Part shown: in pieces, positions 28,964 through 38,496 of the stretch | How the letters are laid out: each line of letters begins with the position of its first letter | How positions within the stretch are numbered: the stretch's first letter is position 1 | Origin: an uncultured Paenalcaligenes sp. | GTDB lineage: Bacteria > Pseudomonadota > Gammaproteobacteria > Burkholderiales > Burkholderiaceae_B | Length of the DNA stretch: 64,000 bases | NCBI GenBank assembly: GCA_947632305.1 | Contig: CANROS010000001.1 | Coordinates: forward strand, 708-64,707 | Reading direction: 5' to 3' | Notes under the pieces: generated by a model | What the model was told of the DNA's origin: nothing | The model's database searches: none | The model's input: the letters and a program-made list of their open reading frames with translations, nothing else | Made by a program: the position numbers and the translations under genes

Positions 28964-30127
28964 ATGCATATTATGATTGTGATCCACTCGTTACGGGGTG
29001 GTGGTGCTGAACGTGTTGCGGTTGATTTAAGTGCGTATTGGCAGCGTTTAGGCTATCGCGTTAGCTTAGTGACGCAAATGTCAGATGATACGGATGCGTA
29101 TCCTGTGCCCGAAGGGGTACAGCGCTATGTGATGGGCACCGCCCACGCAAGTGGCGGAGGGTGGCGCGGTGCCTTGGCAAATTGGCAACGAGTACGCAAA
29201 TTACGTAAATTAATTAAAAAGCATAAGCCGGATTGTGTGTTGGGCATGATGACCACCGCGTCGGTGTTAGCCGTTATGGCAGCCAAAGGGCTAGATTGCC
29301 GAGTTATAGTCACCGAGCATACACACCCACCTTTGCAAAAGCTCTCCGAGTCTTGGCTAAAACTACGACGCTGGGCTTACCCACGAGCCCATGCGGTGGT
29401 GGCGTTAACGCATGGTACGGGGCAGTGGATCCAGGATCACATTCCTGGTTCGCGGGTAGTCGTCATTCCTAATGCGGTTAATTGGCCGCTTAAAAATCAA
29501 GAGCCTGTGGTTGCCGTTCCTGCCAAAAACCAGCGGCTGCGCTTAGTCGCTGTAGGGCGCTTACATCCCGTGAAAGGCTTTGATTTGTTAATTCAAGCTT
29601 TTGCGCAGCTGGCGCCTTATTTTCCTGATTGGGATTTGGTTATTTTGGGCGAAGGAGAAGAGCGTACTTCTTTGCAGCAGCAAATTAATGAAGCTGACTT
29701 AACGGATCGTATTCAACTGATAGGACGCGTAGGAAATATGGCAGACTGGTACCAGCAGTCTGATATGTATGTGCTTAGCTCTAGAGCCGAAGGCTTGTCT
29801 AATACCTTATTAGAGGCCATGGCGGCTGGTTTACCTGTGGTTGCCGCGGATTGTGACACAGGACCTCGTGAAATTATTCGCGATAACATAGACGGAATTC
29901 TCGTTAATCCACCCGAAGACGCCGAGGCGTTAGCGGCTCATTTATCAGACCTAATGGCGCGCCCTTTAAAAAGAGCCGTTTTGGCACGCCGAGCTATTGA
30001 TGTAAAAGACCGATTTTCGGTGGCGTTGGTCATGGCGCAATGGGAACGATTATTACCTCATGCCCCTGACTCCAACTTAACAGGTATTGCTTCTAAGCAA
30101 TCAGACCAAGTAGGTACGGATCAGTAG
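28964..30127 (+). CDS. Glycosyltransferase family 4
   Basis: GGGAERV, VGRLHPVKG, EGLSNTLLEAM. Confidence 0.9.
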   Translation: MHIMIVIHSLRGGGAERVAVDLSAYWQRLGYRVSLVTQMSDDTDAYPVPEGVQRYVMGTAHASGGGWRGALANWQRVRKLRKLIKKHKPDCVLGMMTTASVLAVMAAKGLDCRVIVTEHTHPPLQKLSESWLKLRRWAYPRAHAVVALTHGTGQWIQDHIPGSRVVVIPNAVNWPLKNQEPVVAVPAKNQRLRLVAVGRLHPVKGFDLLIQAFAQLAPYFPDWDLVILGEGEERTSLQQQINEADLTDRIQLIGRVGNMADWYQQSDMYVLSSRAEGLSNTLLEAMAAGLPVVAADCDTGPREIIRDNIDGILVNPPEDAEALAAHLSDLMARPLKRAVLARRAIDVKDRFSVALVMAQWERLLPHAPDSNLTGIASKQSDQVGTDQ

Positions 30128-30134
30128 GTCATTT

Positions 30135-31250
30135 ATGAAAATTCTGTTCTTTGTGGGCTCAATGAATGCAGGGGGGGCCGAGCGTGTGGCGGCAGAGCTA
30201 GCCAATGCATGGGTGCAGCGTGGTGATGAGGTCTGTTTGGCGCCTACTTTTTTAGGGACAACGGATAGTTTTTATGACTTAGACCCTCAGGTGCAGTTTA
30301 GGCCTTTAAGTCAACATATAGGTTGGTTTCCCCCAGGTTTGACGCTGTTACGTAAATGGCGCGCAATACGTAAAAGCTATCAGGATTTTCAGCCTGATGT
30401 GGTGGTGTCTTTTTTGACAAATGTAAATGTGAATGTACTGGTGGCGCTGAAAGGTGTGGCTACGCCTATTTTGGTGTGTGAGCGTACCAACCCTGTTTTT
30501 AGTCAAAGTGCGGATAAACGGTTGAAAAAACTGCGTAGCAAGCTTTATCCACGAGCTGCAAAGGTAGTTTTACAAACCCAAGACGCCGCGGAGGCTTTTG
30601 TGAAGCTAGAGCCCCAGCTTCAAGACATAGCGGTGATACCTAATCCCATTGCGGCTGACTTAGCTCAGCTCCCTTTGGCCACACACGTAGAAAAAACACA
30701 AGATTGTCAGTTGGTGGCGATGGGGCGTTTAGTGCCTGCTAAACAGTTTCAGCAACTTATTCAAGCTTTTGCTATGGTGGCAGAGCAATATCCAGAGTGG
30801 ACTTTGCATATTTATGGCGAAGGGCCCGAACGCGATAAACTCGAGCAACGTGCCGAGTTAGCGGGTGTGAAAGACCGGGTCTTTTTACCGGGTAAAACGA
30901 CTACGCCTTGGCAGAGTTTGGCTGAGGCGCAGCTGTTTGTCTTAACCTCGGCTTACGAAGGTTTTCCCAATGTGCTATTGGAAGCCATGACACTAGGTTT
31001 GCCTTGCGTCACAGTAGATTGCCCTAGCGGGCCCAAAGAGCTTTCTCAAAATGGGCATGATGCCGTTTTGGTGCCCTTAGATGATCCTGCTGCCCTGGAA
31101 CAAGCCCTAAGTGAATTGATGTCAGATTCACGTTTGCGGGGGTTATTAGGTCAACGGGCTGCTGTTTCTGTACGAGAACGTTTTGGGATGGAGCAGGTGC
31201 TAGAGCAATGGGACCAAGTCTTTGAACAAGTAGGCGTGAAGGTTCAGTAA
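30135..31250 (+). CDS. Glycosyltransferase family 4
   Basis: GGAERV, GRLVPAK, EGFPNVLLEAM. Confidence 0.9.
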   Translation: MKILFFVGSMNAGGAERVAAELANAWVQRGDEVCLAPTFLGTTDSFYDLDPQVQFRPLSQHIGWFPPGLTLLRKWRAIRKSYQDFQPDVVVSFLTNVNVNVLVALKGVATPILVCERTNPVFSQSADKRLKKLRSKLYPRAAKVVLQTQDAAEAFVKLEPQLQDIAVIPNPIAADLAQLPLATHVEKTQDCQLVAMGRLVPAKQFQQLIQAFAMVAEQYPEWTLHIYGEGPERDKLEQRAELAGVKDRVFLPGKTTTPWQSLAEAQLFVLTSAYEGFPNVLLEAMTLGLPCVTVDCPSGPKELSQNGHDAVLVPLDDPAALEQALSELMSDSRLRGLLGQRAAVSVRERFGMEQVLEQWDQVFEQVGVKVQ

Positions 31251-31261
31251 TAGGAATACGC

Positions 31262-33580
31262 ATGACAACGGAAGTGGTAACAACTTCATCACAGCTAGTA
31301 CTCCATATTATTTCTGGTCTAGGCCAGGGCGGAGCGGAAACGGTGCTTTATCGATTGGTTACCGCTTCTTCGCCGCAAACACGCCATATCGTGGTGTCAA
31401 TGAGTGACGCCGGTGTATTTGGAGAGCGTTTACAACAGGCCAATATACCGGTGTATTGCCTGCACATGAAAGGCTTTGGCCTGATAACGGGTTGGTTGGC
31501 TTTACGGCGTTTATTGAAAAAAATAAAACCGGATGTGGTGCAAACTTGGATGTATCATGCGGATCTGCTGGGTGGGTTAGCCGCTCGAAGTGTAGGTATC
31601 AAACAAGTGGCGTGGGGTATCCGTAACTCTGGTGAAAACTTACATCACAGCAGTGTCAAAGCCCGGGCCGTGGCTTTTTTGTCTGCTAAGTTATCTGGGT
31701 GTATTCCTAATCGCATTGTCGCTTGTGCTGAAAATGCGGCTCGACGTCACAAGCAATGGGGTTATAACGCGGCTAAAATGACGGTGATCCCTAATGGTTA
31801 TGACTTAAAGCAATGGCAGCCGCAGCCAGAGCAGGCGGCGTTGTTTAGACAGCAGTTGGGTTTGGCGCCAGACACGGCATTGTTGGTTACGGTGGGGCGC
31901 TGGAATCCCCTCAAAGATCACCCGAATTTATTGTCCGCTTTAGCTAGACTTAAACGCACGGATACCGAATGGTTCTGCGTCTTAGTCGGTGATGGCATGG
32001 AGTCAAGCAACGCCGAGCTCATGCGTCTTATTTCACAACAAGGTCTAGAGGATAAGATTGCGCTATTGGGGCGCCGGGCAGACATACCTACTATTATGTC
32101 CGCGGCTGATATTCATGTGCTCTCTAGCAAAGCAGAAGGGTTTCCTAATGTGGTGTGCGAAGCCATGGTGTCGCGAGCCTTGTGTGTGGTGACGGATGTA
32201 GGTGATGCGGCACGTATAGTGGGTGAAGAGGGGATTGTAGTGGCCCCGCGTAATGCCCAGGCCTTGGCCACGGGCATAGAAAAAGCCCTGACCGTTTTAA
32301 AAAGCGCAGACTTAGAGCATCGCTTAGATACAGCGGCGGAGCGTGTGGCCAATCGTTATAGTTTAGAGACGATGGTGCAAAACTATGAGCAGCTTTGGCA
32401 GACTATGTCTAGCGCGACTACCTCGTTCAATCCTGAGAGTGTAACTATGCAAACCGAAGCCCCTGTGTTGCTGTATGTGGTGAACAACCCCGCTTTTTTT
32501 GTATCGCACCGTTTGCCTTTGGCTTTAGCCGCTAAAAAAGCGGGCTTTGAGGTCCAAGTGGCGACTATGAATGGTTCAGCGGTGGCGCGTATACAGCAGT
32601 TAGGTTTTACCCACCACAGCTTACCCCTTAGCCGTAGTGGTAAAAATCCTTTATCGGAGTTACGCAGCCTTTGGGCTATTTACCGTTTATTTAAACGGGT
32701 AAAACCTCAAGTCGTGCATGCGGTCACCATCAAACCCGTTTTATACGGTGGCATTGCCGCGAGGTTGGCGGGCGTACCCGGATTTTTAGCCGCTGTGTCA
32801 GGTCTAGGGTATATTTTTACTAACGAACGAGGCGGGCTTTTACGCTGGTTAGCGTTGCGTTTATATGCTTTGGCTTTGAAGCATCCGCGCAGCCGGGTGG
32901 TATTTCAAAATACCAGCGACCGAGATGTGCTGTTAAAGGCGGGCGTGGTTCGTAGCGAGCAAGCTGTCTTGATTCGTGGCTCAGGAGTGGATTTGCAGGC
33001 ATTTGATTATGTGCCTGAACCCGTAGGCACCCCAGTGGCTTTAATGGTGTCTAGATTGTTAGTGGACAAGGGCATTAATGAGTTCATTCAAGCCGCAGAG
33101 CAAAGTCAGCAGCAGGGAAACAATCTAATTTGGCAGGTGGCGGGTAGCCCAGATAAAGGTAACCCGGCCTCTATTACGGCTGAGCAAATGACGGCTTGGC
33201 ATCAGTCTGGAGTGATTCAGTGGCTGGGTGAGCAAACCAATATTGCCGAGCTTTATCACAAAGCCCATATTGCTGTTTTGCCTTCCTACCGTGAAGGTTT
33301 ACCTAAGTCCTTAATTGAGGCTGCCGCGTGTGGTAGGGCAGTAGTGACCACCGATGTGCCGGGATGTCGGGATGCGATCGAGCCCAATGTAACGGGGCTT
33401 TTGGTGCCAGCCCAAGACGCTCAGGCTTTGTACGAGGCAACGTTACGGTTAGCTCAAAATGAAACGTTACGGCATCAATTTGGGCGTGCCGGACGAGACT
33501 TGGCCGAGCGCGCTTTTGATATTAATACCGTCATTGATAGCCATTTACGTTTGTATGGTTATTTGGCTAAAAAAACGTAA
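31262..33580 (+). CDS. Tandem (fused) GT4-GT4 glycosyltransferase
   Basis: Two complete GT-B modules with EX7E motifs EGFPNVVCE and EGLPKSLIE. Confidence 0.88.
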   Translation: MTTEVVTTSSQLVLHIISGLGQGGAETVLYRLVTASSPQTRHIVVSMSDAGVFGERLQQANIPVYCLHMKGFGLITGWLALRRLLKKIKPDVVQTWMYHADLLGGLAARSVGIKQVAWGIRNSGENLHHSSVKARAVAFLSAKLSGCIPNRIVACAENAARRHKQWGYNAAKMTVIPNGYDLKQWQPQPEQAALFRQQLGLAPDTALLVTVGRWNPLKDHPNLLSALARLKRTDTEWFCVLVGDGMESSNAELMRLISQQGLEDKIALLGRRADIPTIMSAADIHVLSSKAEGFPNVVCEAMVSRALCVVTDVGDAARIVGEEGIVVAPRNAQALATGIEKALTVLKSADLEHRLDTAAERVANRYSLETMVQNYEQLWQTMSSATTSFNPESVTMQTEAPVLLYVVNNPAFFVSHRLPLALAAKKAGFEVQVATMNGSAVARIQQLGFTHHSLPLSRSGKNPLSELRSLWAIYRLFKRVKPQVVHAVTIKPVLYGGIAARLAGVPGFLAAVSGLGYIFTNERGGLLRWLALRLYALALKHPRSRVVFQNTSDRDVLLKAGVVRSEQAVLIRGSGVDLQAFDYVPEPVGTPVALMVSRLLVDKGINEFIQAAEQSQQQGNNLIWQVAGSPDKGNPASITAEQMTAWHQSGVIQWLGEQTNIAELYHKAHIAVLPSYREGLPKSLIEAAACGRAVVTTDVPGCRDAIEPNVTGLLVPAQDAQALYEATLRLAQNETLRHQFGRAGRDLAERAFDINTVIDSHLRLYGYLAKKT

Positions 33581-33599
33581 TTGTAGTGAATAGCCGTTG

Positions 33600-33625
33600 G
33601 GCCTTGGTCGTTGCAGACCAAGGCC
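33600..33625. terminator. Hairpin between convergent GT and pgm genes
   Basis: GGCCTTGGTC-GTTGCA-GACCAAGGCC. Confidence 0.6.
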
Positions 33626-33638
33626 AAGGTCGCTTTAT

Positions 33639-35021
33639 TTAAAAGGGCAAAATCAGATCAGGTCTGAGACCAAGAATTGCATTTTTAAATTCTGTTTGAA
33701 TACGGGCCAGGGCGGCTTCGTTTTGCGCTTCAAAACGCAACACTACTACAGGAGTGGTGTTAGAGGCTCGTGCTAAACCAAAGCCATCTGCGTACTCGGC
33801 ACGAATACCATCAATCGTAATATGTTGTTGGGCTGTGGGAAAAGCAGCTTCGTTAATTAAGCGCTCTACAAAAGCATGGGGTTCGCCTTCATTCATTTCC
33901 AGTTTCAGTTCTGGGGTAGAGAGGTCTTTAGGCAAGGCTTCAAGCACAGCAGTAGGGTTTTCGTAACGCGATAAAATTTCCAATAAGCGTGCAGCCGTAT
34001 ATAAACCGTCATCAAAACCATACCATCGCTCTTTAAAGAACGTATGGCCGCTCATTTCACCAGCAAGTGGGGCGTTGGTTTCGGCAAGTTTGGCTTTGAT
34101 AAGCGAGTGGCCCGTCTGCCACATTAGCGGTTTGCCGCCCGCGGCCTCGATGGCTAGGGCGACGTGTCGGCTACATTTCACATCAAAAATAATGGTTTCA
34201 CCCGGACGGCGCGTCAGAATGTCTTGGGCGTAGAGGATCAATTGACGGTCGGGCCAAATGATTTCTCCGTTGGGCGTGACTACGCCAAGGCGGTCGCCGT
34301 CTCCATCAAAAGCTAAACCCAATTCAAAATTGTGTTCTTGAACATGTTGAATTAAATCGACTAGATTGGCTGGGTCTGCTGGGTCGGGATGGTGATTAGG
34401 AAAATCGCCATTGACCTCTTCAAAGAGAATATCGGTGTCGCAACCTAGGGCGTCAAACAGTTGGCGAGCGACTGCGCCAGCTACGCCATTGCCACAGTCT
34501 ACGGCGACACGCATAGGACGGGCTAATTGGATGGTGGATTGAATCTCTGCTACGTAATCAGGAATAGGGCTGTGCTCGATGCGTTGGCCCGGTTGGCTGT
34601 TCACAGGCACTGGGTTTAGCATCAGTTGATAGAGTTGCTGGATGTCGTCTCCGTGCAGAGTCTTGCCCGCCATCATCATTTTGAAGCCATTGTACTCAGG
34701 TGGGTTATGACTACCCGTAATGGCCACAGCGCTAAGCGTATGCAGGGTGTTCGCGGCGTAGTACACCACAGGGGTGGGGGCCAAGCCAATATGAATGGTA
34801 TTAACGCCGGCGCGTTCAATCCCTTGCATTAGAGCCTCACCCAGCTCAGGGCTGCTGTGACGGCCATCATAGCCCACGACAATAGCGGGGACGAGGGCCA
34901 GGGCTGCTTGGGTGCCTAGGGCATAACCCAACTTAAACGCGAACTCAGCATTGAGTTGGCTAGGCACAATACCTCGAATGTCGTAGGCCTTAAATACTGA
35001 GGCAGGTAAAACAGTGGTCAT
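33639..35021 (-). CDS. pgm: Phosphomannomutase/phosphoglucomutase (AlgC-type)
   Basis: FKAYDIRG, TGSHNP, FDGDGDR, GEMSGH, RASNT. Confidence 0.94.
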   Translation of the reverse strand: MTTVLPASVFKAYDIRGIVPSQLNAEFAFKLGYALGTQAALALVPAIVVGYDGRHSSPELGEALMQGIERAGVNTIHIGLAPTPVVYYAANTLHTLSAVAITGSHNPPEYNGFKMMMAGKTLHGDDIQQLYQLMLNPVPVNSQPGQRIEHSPIPDYVAEIQSTIQLARPMRVAVDCGNGVAGAVARQLFDALGCDTDILFEEVNGDFPNHHPDPADPANLVDLIQHVQEHNFELGLAFDGDGDRLGVVTPNGEIIWPDRQLILYAQDILTRRPGETIIFDVKCSRHVALAIEAAGGKPLMWQTGHSLIKAKLAETNAPLAGEMSGHTFFKERWYGFDDGLYTAARLLEILSRYENPTAVLEALPKDLSTPELKLEMNEGEPHAFVERLINEAAFPTAQQHITIDGIRAEYADGFGLARASNTTPVVVLRFEAQNEAALARIQTEFKNAILGLRPDLILPF

Positions 35022-35128
35022 GCAGCAGACTCCATGATTAAAATGAAATAGTGCTTATTATCGCTGATTCCCTCGATTATTGCAGAGTGTCGAGGTGATA
35101 CAAGAGGATTCATGAATAAGGAGTATCT

Positions 35129-36553
35129 ATGCAAGAGCTAGCGGGGTTGGTTGAGTTGGTGGGGGCGGGTCATGTGTTGGTTGGAGATCAAATTAGCTCG
35201 TATTTAACGGATTGGCGGGGGCGGTATCGTGGTCAAGCTTTGGCTGTGGTGCGTCCTGCAAACACGGCCGAAGTGGCGGCAGTGGTGCGCTGGGCGCATG
35301 AGCGTCGCTTGGCTGTTTTACCCCAAGGGGGCAATACCAGTCTTTGTGGCGGCGCCACGCCCAGTGTAGAGCCAGTCATTATTTTATCGTTGTTACGTTT
35401 AAACCAAATACGCAGTATTGATACGGCGAATGACACCATAGTGGTGGAAGCCGGATGTGTTTTGCAGCAGGTCCAAGAGCACGCTGCGGCTCATCAACGG
35501 TTATTTCCCTTGAGTTTAGCCGCAGAAGGCAGTTGCACTATAGGGGGAAATTTAGCTACCAATGCGGGGGGAACCCAGGTTTTGCGTTATGGCAATGCGC
35601 GTGATTTGGCTTTAGGGCTGGAAGTTGTCACAGCAGATGGCCAAATTTGGCATGGTTTACGCGGCTTACGTAAAGATAATACCGGGTACGACTTATGTGG
35701 CTTGTTTATAGGTAGCGAGGGCACGTTGGGCATTATTACCGCTGCTACGCTAAAGTTATATCCGCAACCCGCGGTGCAAAATACGGCTTTGGTGGCTGTG
35801 CCCTCCCTCGAGGCCGCGGCCGCTTTGTTAGGTTTGGCGCGTCAGGGGTTTGATGCGGGGTTAACTGCGTTTGAGGTCATGGCGCACAATTGCTTAAATG
35901 CTGTGGTGCAGTGTTTTCCCGAGCAGCGTTTCGCTTTTACTGGTGAGGCAGCCCAAGCCCCTTGGTTCGTATTGATCGAATTATCTGATAATGAAAATGA
36001 AGAGCATGCCCGTCAACGTTTAGAGCTGGTGCTGGGTCAAGCCTTAGAGCAACACATAGCGCTGGATGTCATCATTGCGGAAAGCATGGCTCAAAGTCGT
36101 GAGCTTTGGCATTTGCGTGAAAGTATTCCCTTGGCGGAAAAGGTATTGGGTAAAAGTGTCAAGCACGACATAGGGGTGCCTGTGTCCAAAGTGGCAGCGT
36201 TTGTGACCGAAACCAATGCGTTAATTCAGCAGGCCTATCCAGGAGTAGAGCATGTGATTTTTGGCCATTTAGGTGATGGTAATCTGCACTACAACGTGGC
36301 TAAGGGCCAATACACCGAAGCCGAGGTGCTGAGCTTTGAAAAAGCCATTTATACCATTGTGTTTGATCAGCTGAAACAAGTCGAAGGCACCCTCAGTGCT
36401 GAGCATGGCATTGGGCAGTTGAAAAGAGACTGGTTGGCGCTTTATCAAGATCCTGTCGAGTTAGCTTTGATGCGCCAAATCAAACAAGCTTTAGATCCTT
36501 TGAATTTGATGAATCCAGGCAAACTTTTAGCGGATGCTTTGCCCAAACCGTAG
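35129..36553 (+). CDS. FAD-linked D-2-hydroxyacid dehydrogenase (D2HGDH/GlcD-like)
   Basis: PQGGNT, GGNLATNAGG, KDNTGY, GHLGDGNLH, SAEHGIG, NPGK. Confidence 0.9.
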   Translation: MQELAGLVELVGAGHVLVGDQISSYLTDWRGRYRGQALAVVRPANTAEVAAVVRWAHERRLAVLPQGGNTSLCGGATPSVEPVIILSLLRLNQIRSIDTANDTIVVEAGCVLQQVQEHAAAHQRLFPLSLAAEGSCTIGGNLATNAGGTQVLRYGNARDLALGLEVVTADGQIWHGLRGLRKDNTGYDLCGLFIGSEGTLGIITAATLKLYPQPAVQNTALVAVPSLEAAAALLGLARQGFDAGLTAFEVMAHNCLNAVVQCFPEQRFAFTGEAAQAPWFVLIELSDNENEEHARQRLELVLGQALEQHIALDVIIAESMAQSRELWHLRESIPLAEKVLGKSVKHDIGVPVSKVAAFVTETNALIQQAYPGVEHVIFGHLGDGNLHYNVAKGQYTEAEVLSFEKAIYTIVFDQLKQVEGTLSAEHGIGQLKRDWLALYQDPVELALMRQIKQALDPLNLMNPGKLLADALPKP

Positions 36554-36598
36554 GATTTGGGCTGGCGGTGCGGGGCATTTCTGCCCCGTCAGGTGGGT

Positions 36599-36799
36599 TC
36601 AGTCACTAGATAGAGCGATTTTTTTAGCTGCATCAATGGCCTCTTGCAGCACTTGGAAATTGCCCAAATGATTACTCAGGAGTAACACCAAAGCGGCGTT
36701 CATGGCCTGACTTTGCGTGGTGCTGAGCTCTTCATGCGATTCAATTAAGTACGCATAAAAATCATCTACTTTAGTTATGTTTAGCTCGGTATTTAACAT
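36599..36799 (-). CDS. DUF2783 family small protein
   Basis: MLNTELN...DDFYAYLIESH...NAALVLLLSNHLG; CAGGAG RBS before ATG 36799. Confidence 0.8.
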   Translation of the reverse strand: MLNTELNITKVDDFYAYLIESHEELSTTQSQAMNAALVLLLSNHLGNFQVLQEAIDAAKKIALSSD

Positions 36800-38460
36800 A
36801 CGGTCTCCTGCTGGGTGTGACCACAGGCACGTTCTAAGGCGGCGGTGACTTGAGCGTGATCCCAGTGGCGCCATCTGGCGGCTAGATGTTGGTCTGGACG
36901 GAACAAGTAGCTTGACCCCGCCTGTGCATCGTAGCGTTGGCGCCAAATGCCTTCGTGATCGGTCAATACGGTGAACTGAGTCGTCGAGGGGGCTAGGCTG
37001 TATTCAGGGCTGTGAATAAGATAAATCTGTAGTAGTGAGTGCTTTCGCAGTGCTTGAGCTTGCTGCAGTTGTGCTGGAGTAGGATCAAACAAAACCAAGC
37101 AAAAACCCTGTCCTAGCAGACCCAGCCACCAAACGGGTTGTTGCGCCGCTAATAAGGGCGCGTCGCAGGCAGGGCCGCCCAAGCCCACTGAGCCGGCGAA
37201 TGGCTGGGTGTCTGGGGTGTTGAGCTCGCTGTGTTCGTAAGTACTAGGGGTAGATAAACGCCCACTGTTTACCAAGCTGCGGGCAAAACCGTGTTCTTTG
37301 GCTAAGCGCAGGGTAGTATTTCTAAACAAGAGACTGATTTCGCTTTTTGGGGTAATAAAGTCGGTGGCTCGGCTTGAGTACGTCAGGTTTTCGTCGGCAG
37401 CGTAACGGCGCTCGCTGCAATAGGTGTCTAACAGTGACTCCGGTGCTTGTCCACGTAGATGTAAATCTAATTTCCAAGCCAGATTGTCGGTGTCTTGAAT
37501 ACCGCTGTTGGCACCACGGGCCCCAAAAGGAGACACACGGTGGGCTGCGTCCCCTGCAAATAAAATACGATTGAAACGGAATTTATCCATACGTTCGCAA
37601 GCGAAGGTATAAATACTAATCCATTCAAAATCAAACTCTATGTCTTCGCCTAACAGAGCTTGAACGCGGGGGCGTACGTTTTCCTCTTTGACCTCTTCGA
37701 CTGGGTCAGCGTCCCAGCCTAGTTGAAAGTCAATGCGCCAGACATCATCGGGTTGGCTGTGTAAAAGCACTGATTGGTTAGGATGAAAAGGTGGGTCAAA
37801 CCAAAACCAACGTTCGGCTGGATAGCTGGCTTTGGTGCGTACGTCAGCAATTAAAAATCGGTCTTGAAAAATACGCCCTTGGCTGGATTGACCAATGAAA
37901 GACCGTATAGGAGAGCGAGCGCCATCGCAGGCAATAAGCCAATCGGCTTGAATTTGATAGGAGCCATCCGGGGTGCTAACCGTGAGCAAGGCGTGGTCAG
38001 CTTGATTTTCTAGGGCGACGACTTTGTGTTTGGAGCGAATGGTGATGCCTAGCTCTAGGGCACGTTGGTACAAATAGCCTTCGCAATAATATTGCTGTAG
38101 GTTAATAAAAGCGGGGTGACGATGGTGGGCTTCGGGTAGTAGATTAAAGCTCCAGACCTCTTCATCACGGAAAAATAATTTCCCTATGTTCCACGCTACG
38201 CCTTTTTGTACCATGCGTTCGCTGACACCTAAACGATCCCAAATATCTAGGGTACGTTTAGCAAAGCAAATAGCACGAGAACCCACCGAAAACTGATGGT
38301 CGTCATCCAAGACCACAACAGGTTGCCCACGCAAGGCAAGATCAATGGCCATCCCTAAGCCTACCGGCCCCGCTCCTACCACCACGATGGGATGGTGCTC
38401 ATCGTGAGGGGGAGTGGGGGCGATAGGTAACTGCATGGTTTGAAAATTGTGCTCTAACAC
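36793..38460 (-). CDS. FAD-dependent monooxygenase (MhpA/PheA-like, with C-terminal thioredoxin-like domain)
   Basis: GAGPVG, SRAICFAKR, CDG, GDAAHRVSPFGARGANSG, RPDQH. Confidence 0.88.
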   Translation of the reverse strand: MLEHNFQTMQLPIAPTPPHDEHHPIVVVGAGPVGLGMAIDLALRGQPVVVLDDDHQFSVGSRAICFAKRTLDIWDRLGVSERMVQKGVAWNIGKLFFRDEEVWSFNLLPEAHHRHPAFINLQQYYCEGYLYQRALELGITIRSKHKVVALENQADHALLTVSTPDGSYQIQADWLIACDGARSPIRSFIGQSSQGRIFQDRFLIADVRTKASYPAERWFWFDPPFHPNQSVLLHSQPDDVWRIDFQLGWDADPVEEVKEENVRPRVQALLGEDIEFDFEWISIYTFACERMDKFRFNRILFAGDAAHRVSPFGARGANSGIQDTDNLAWKLDLHLRGQAPESLLDTYCSERRYAADENLTYSSRATDFITPKSEISLLFRNTTLRLAKEHGFARSLVNSGRLSTPSTYEHSELNTPDTQPFAGSVGLGGPACDAPLLAAQQPVWWLGLLGQGFCLVLFDPTPAQLQQAQALRKHSLLQIYLIHSPEYSLAPSTTQFTVLTDHEGIWRQRYDAQAGSSYLFRPDQHLAARWRHWDHAQVTAALERACGHTQQETVC

Positions 38461-38496
38461 CCTTGTCTCCTTTATTTTATTGCTGGATGCCGTGCT

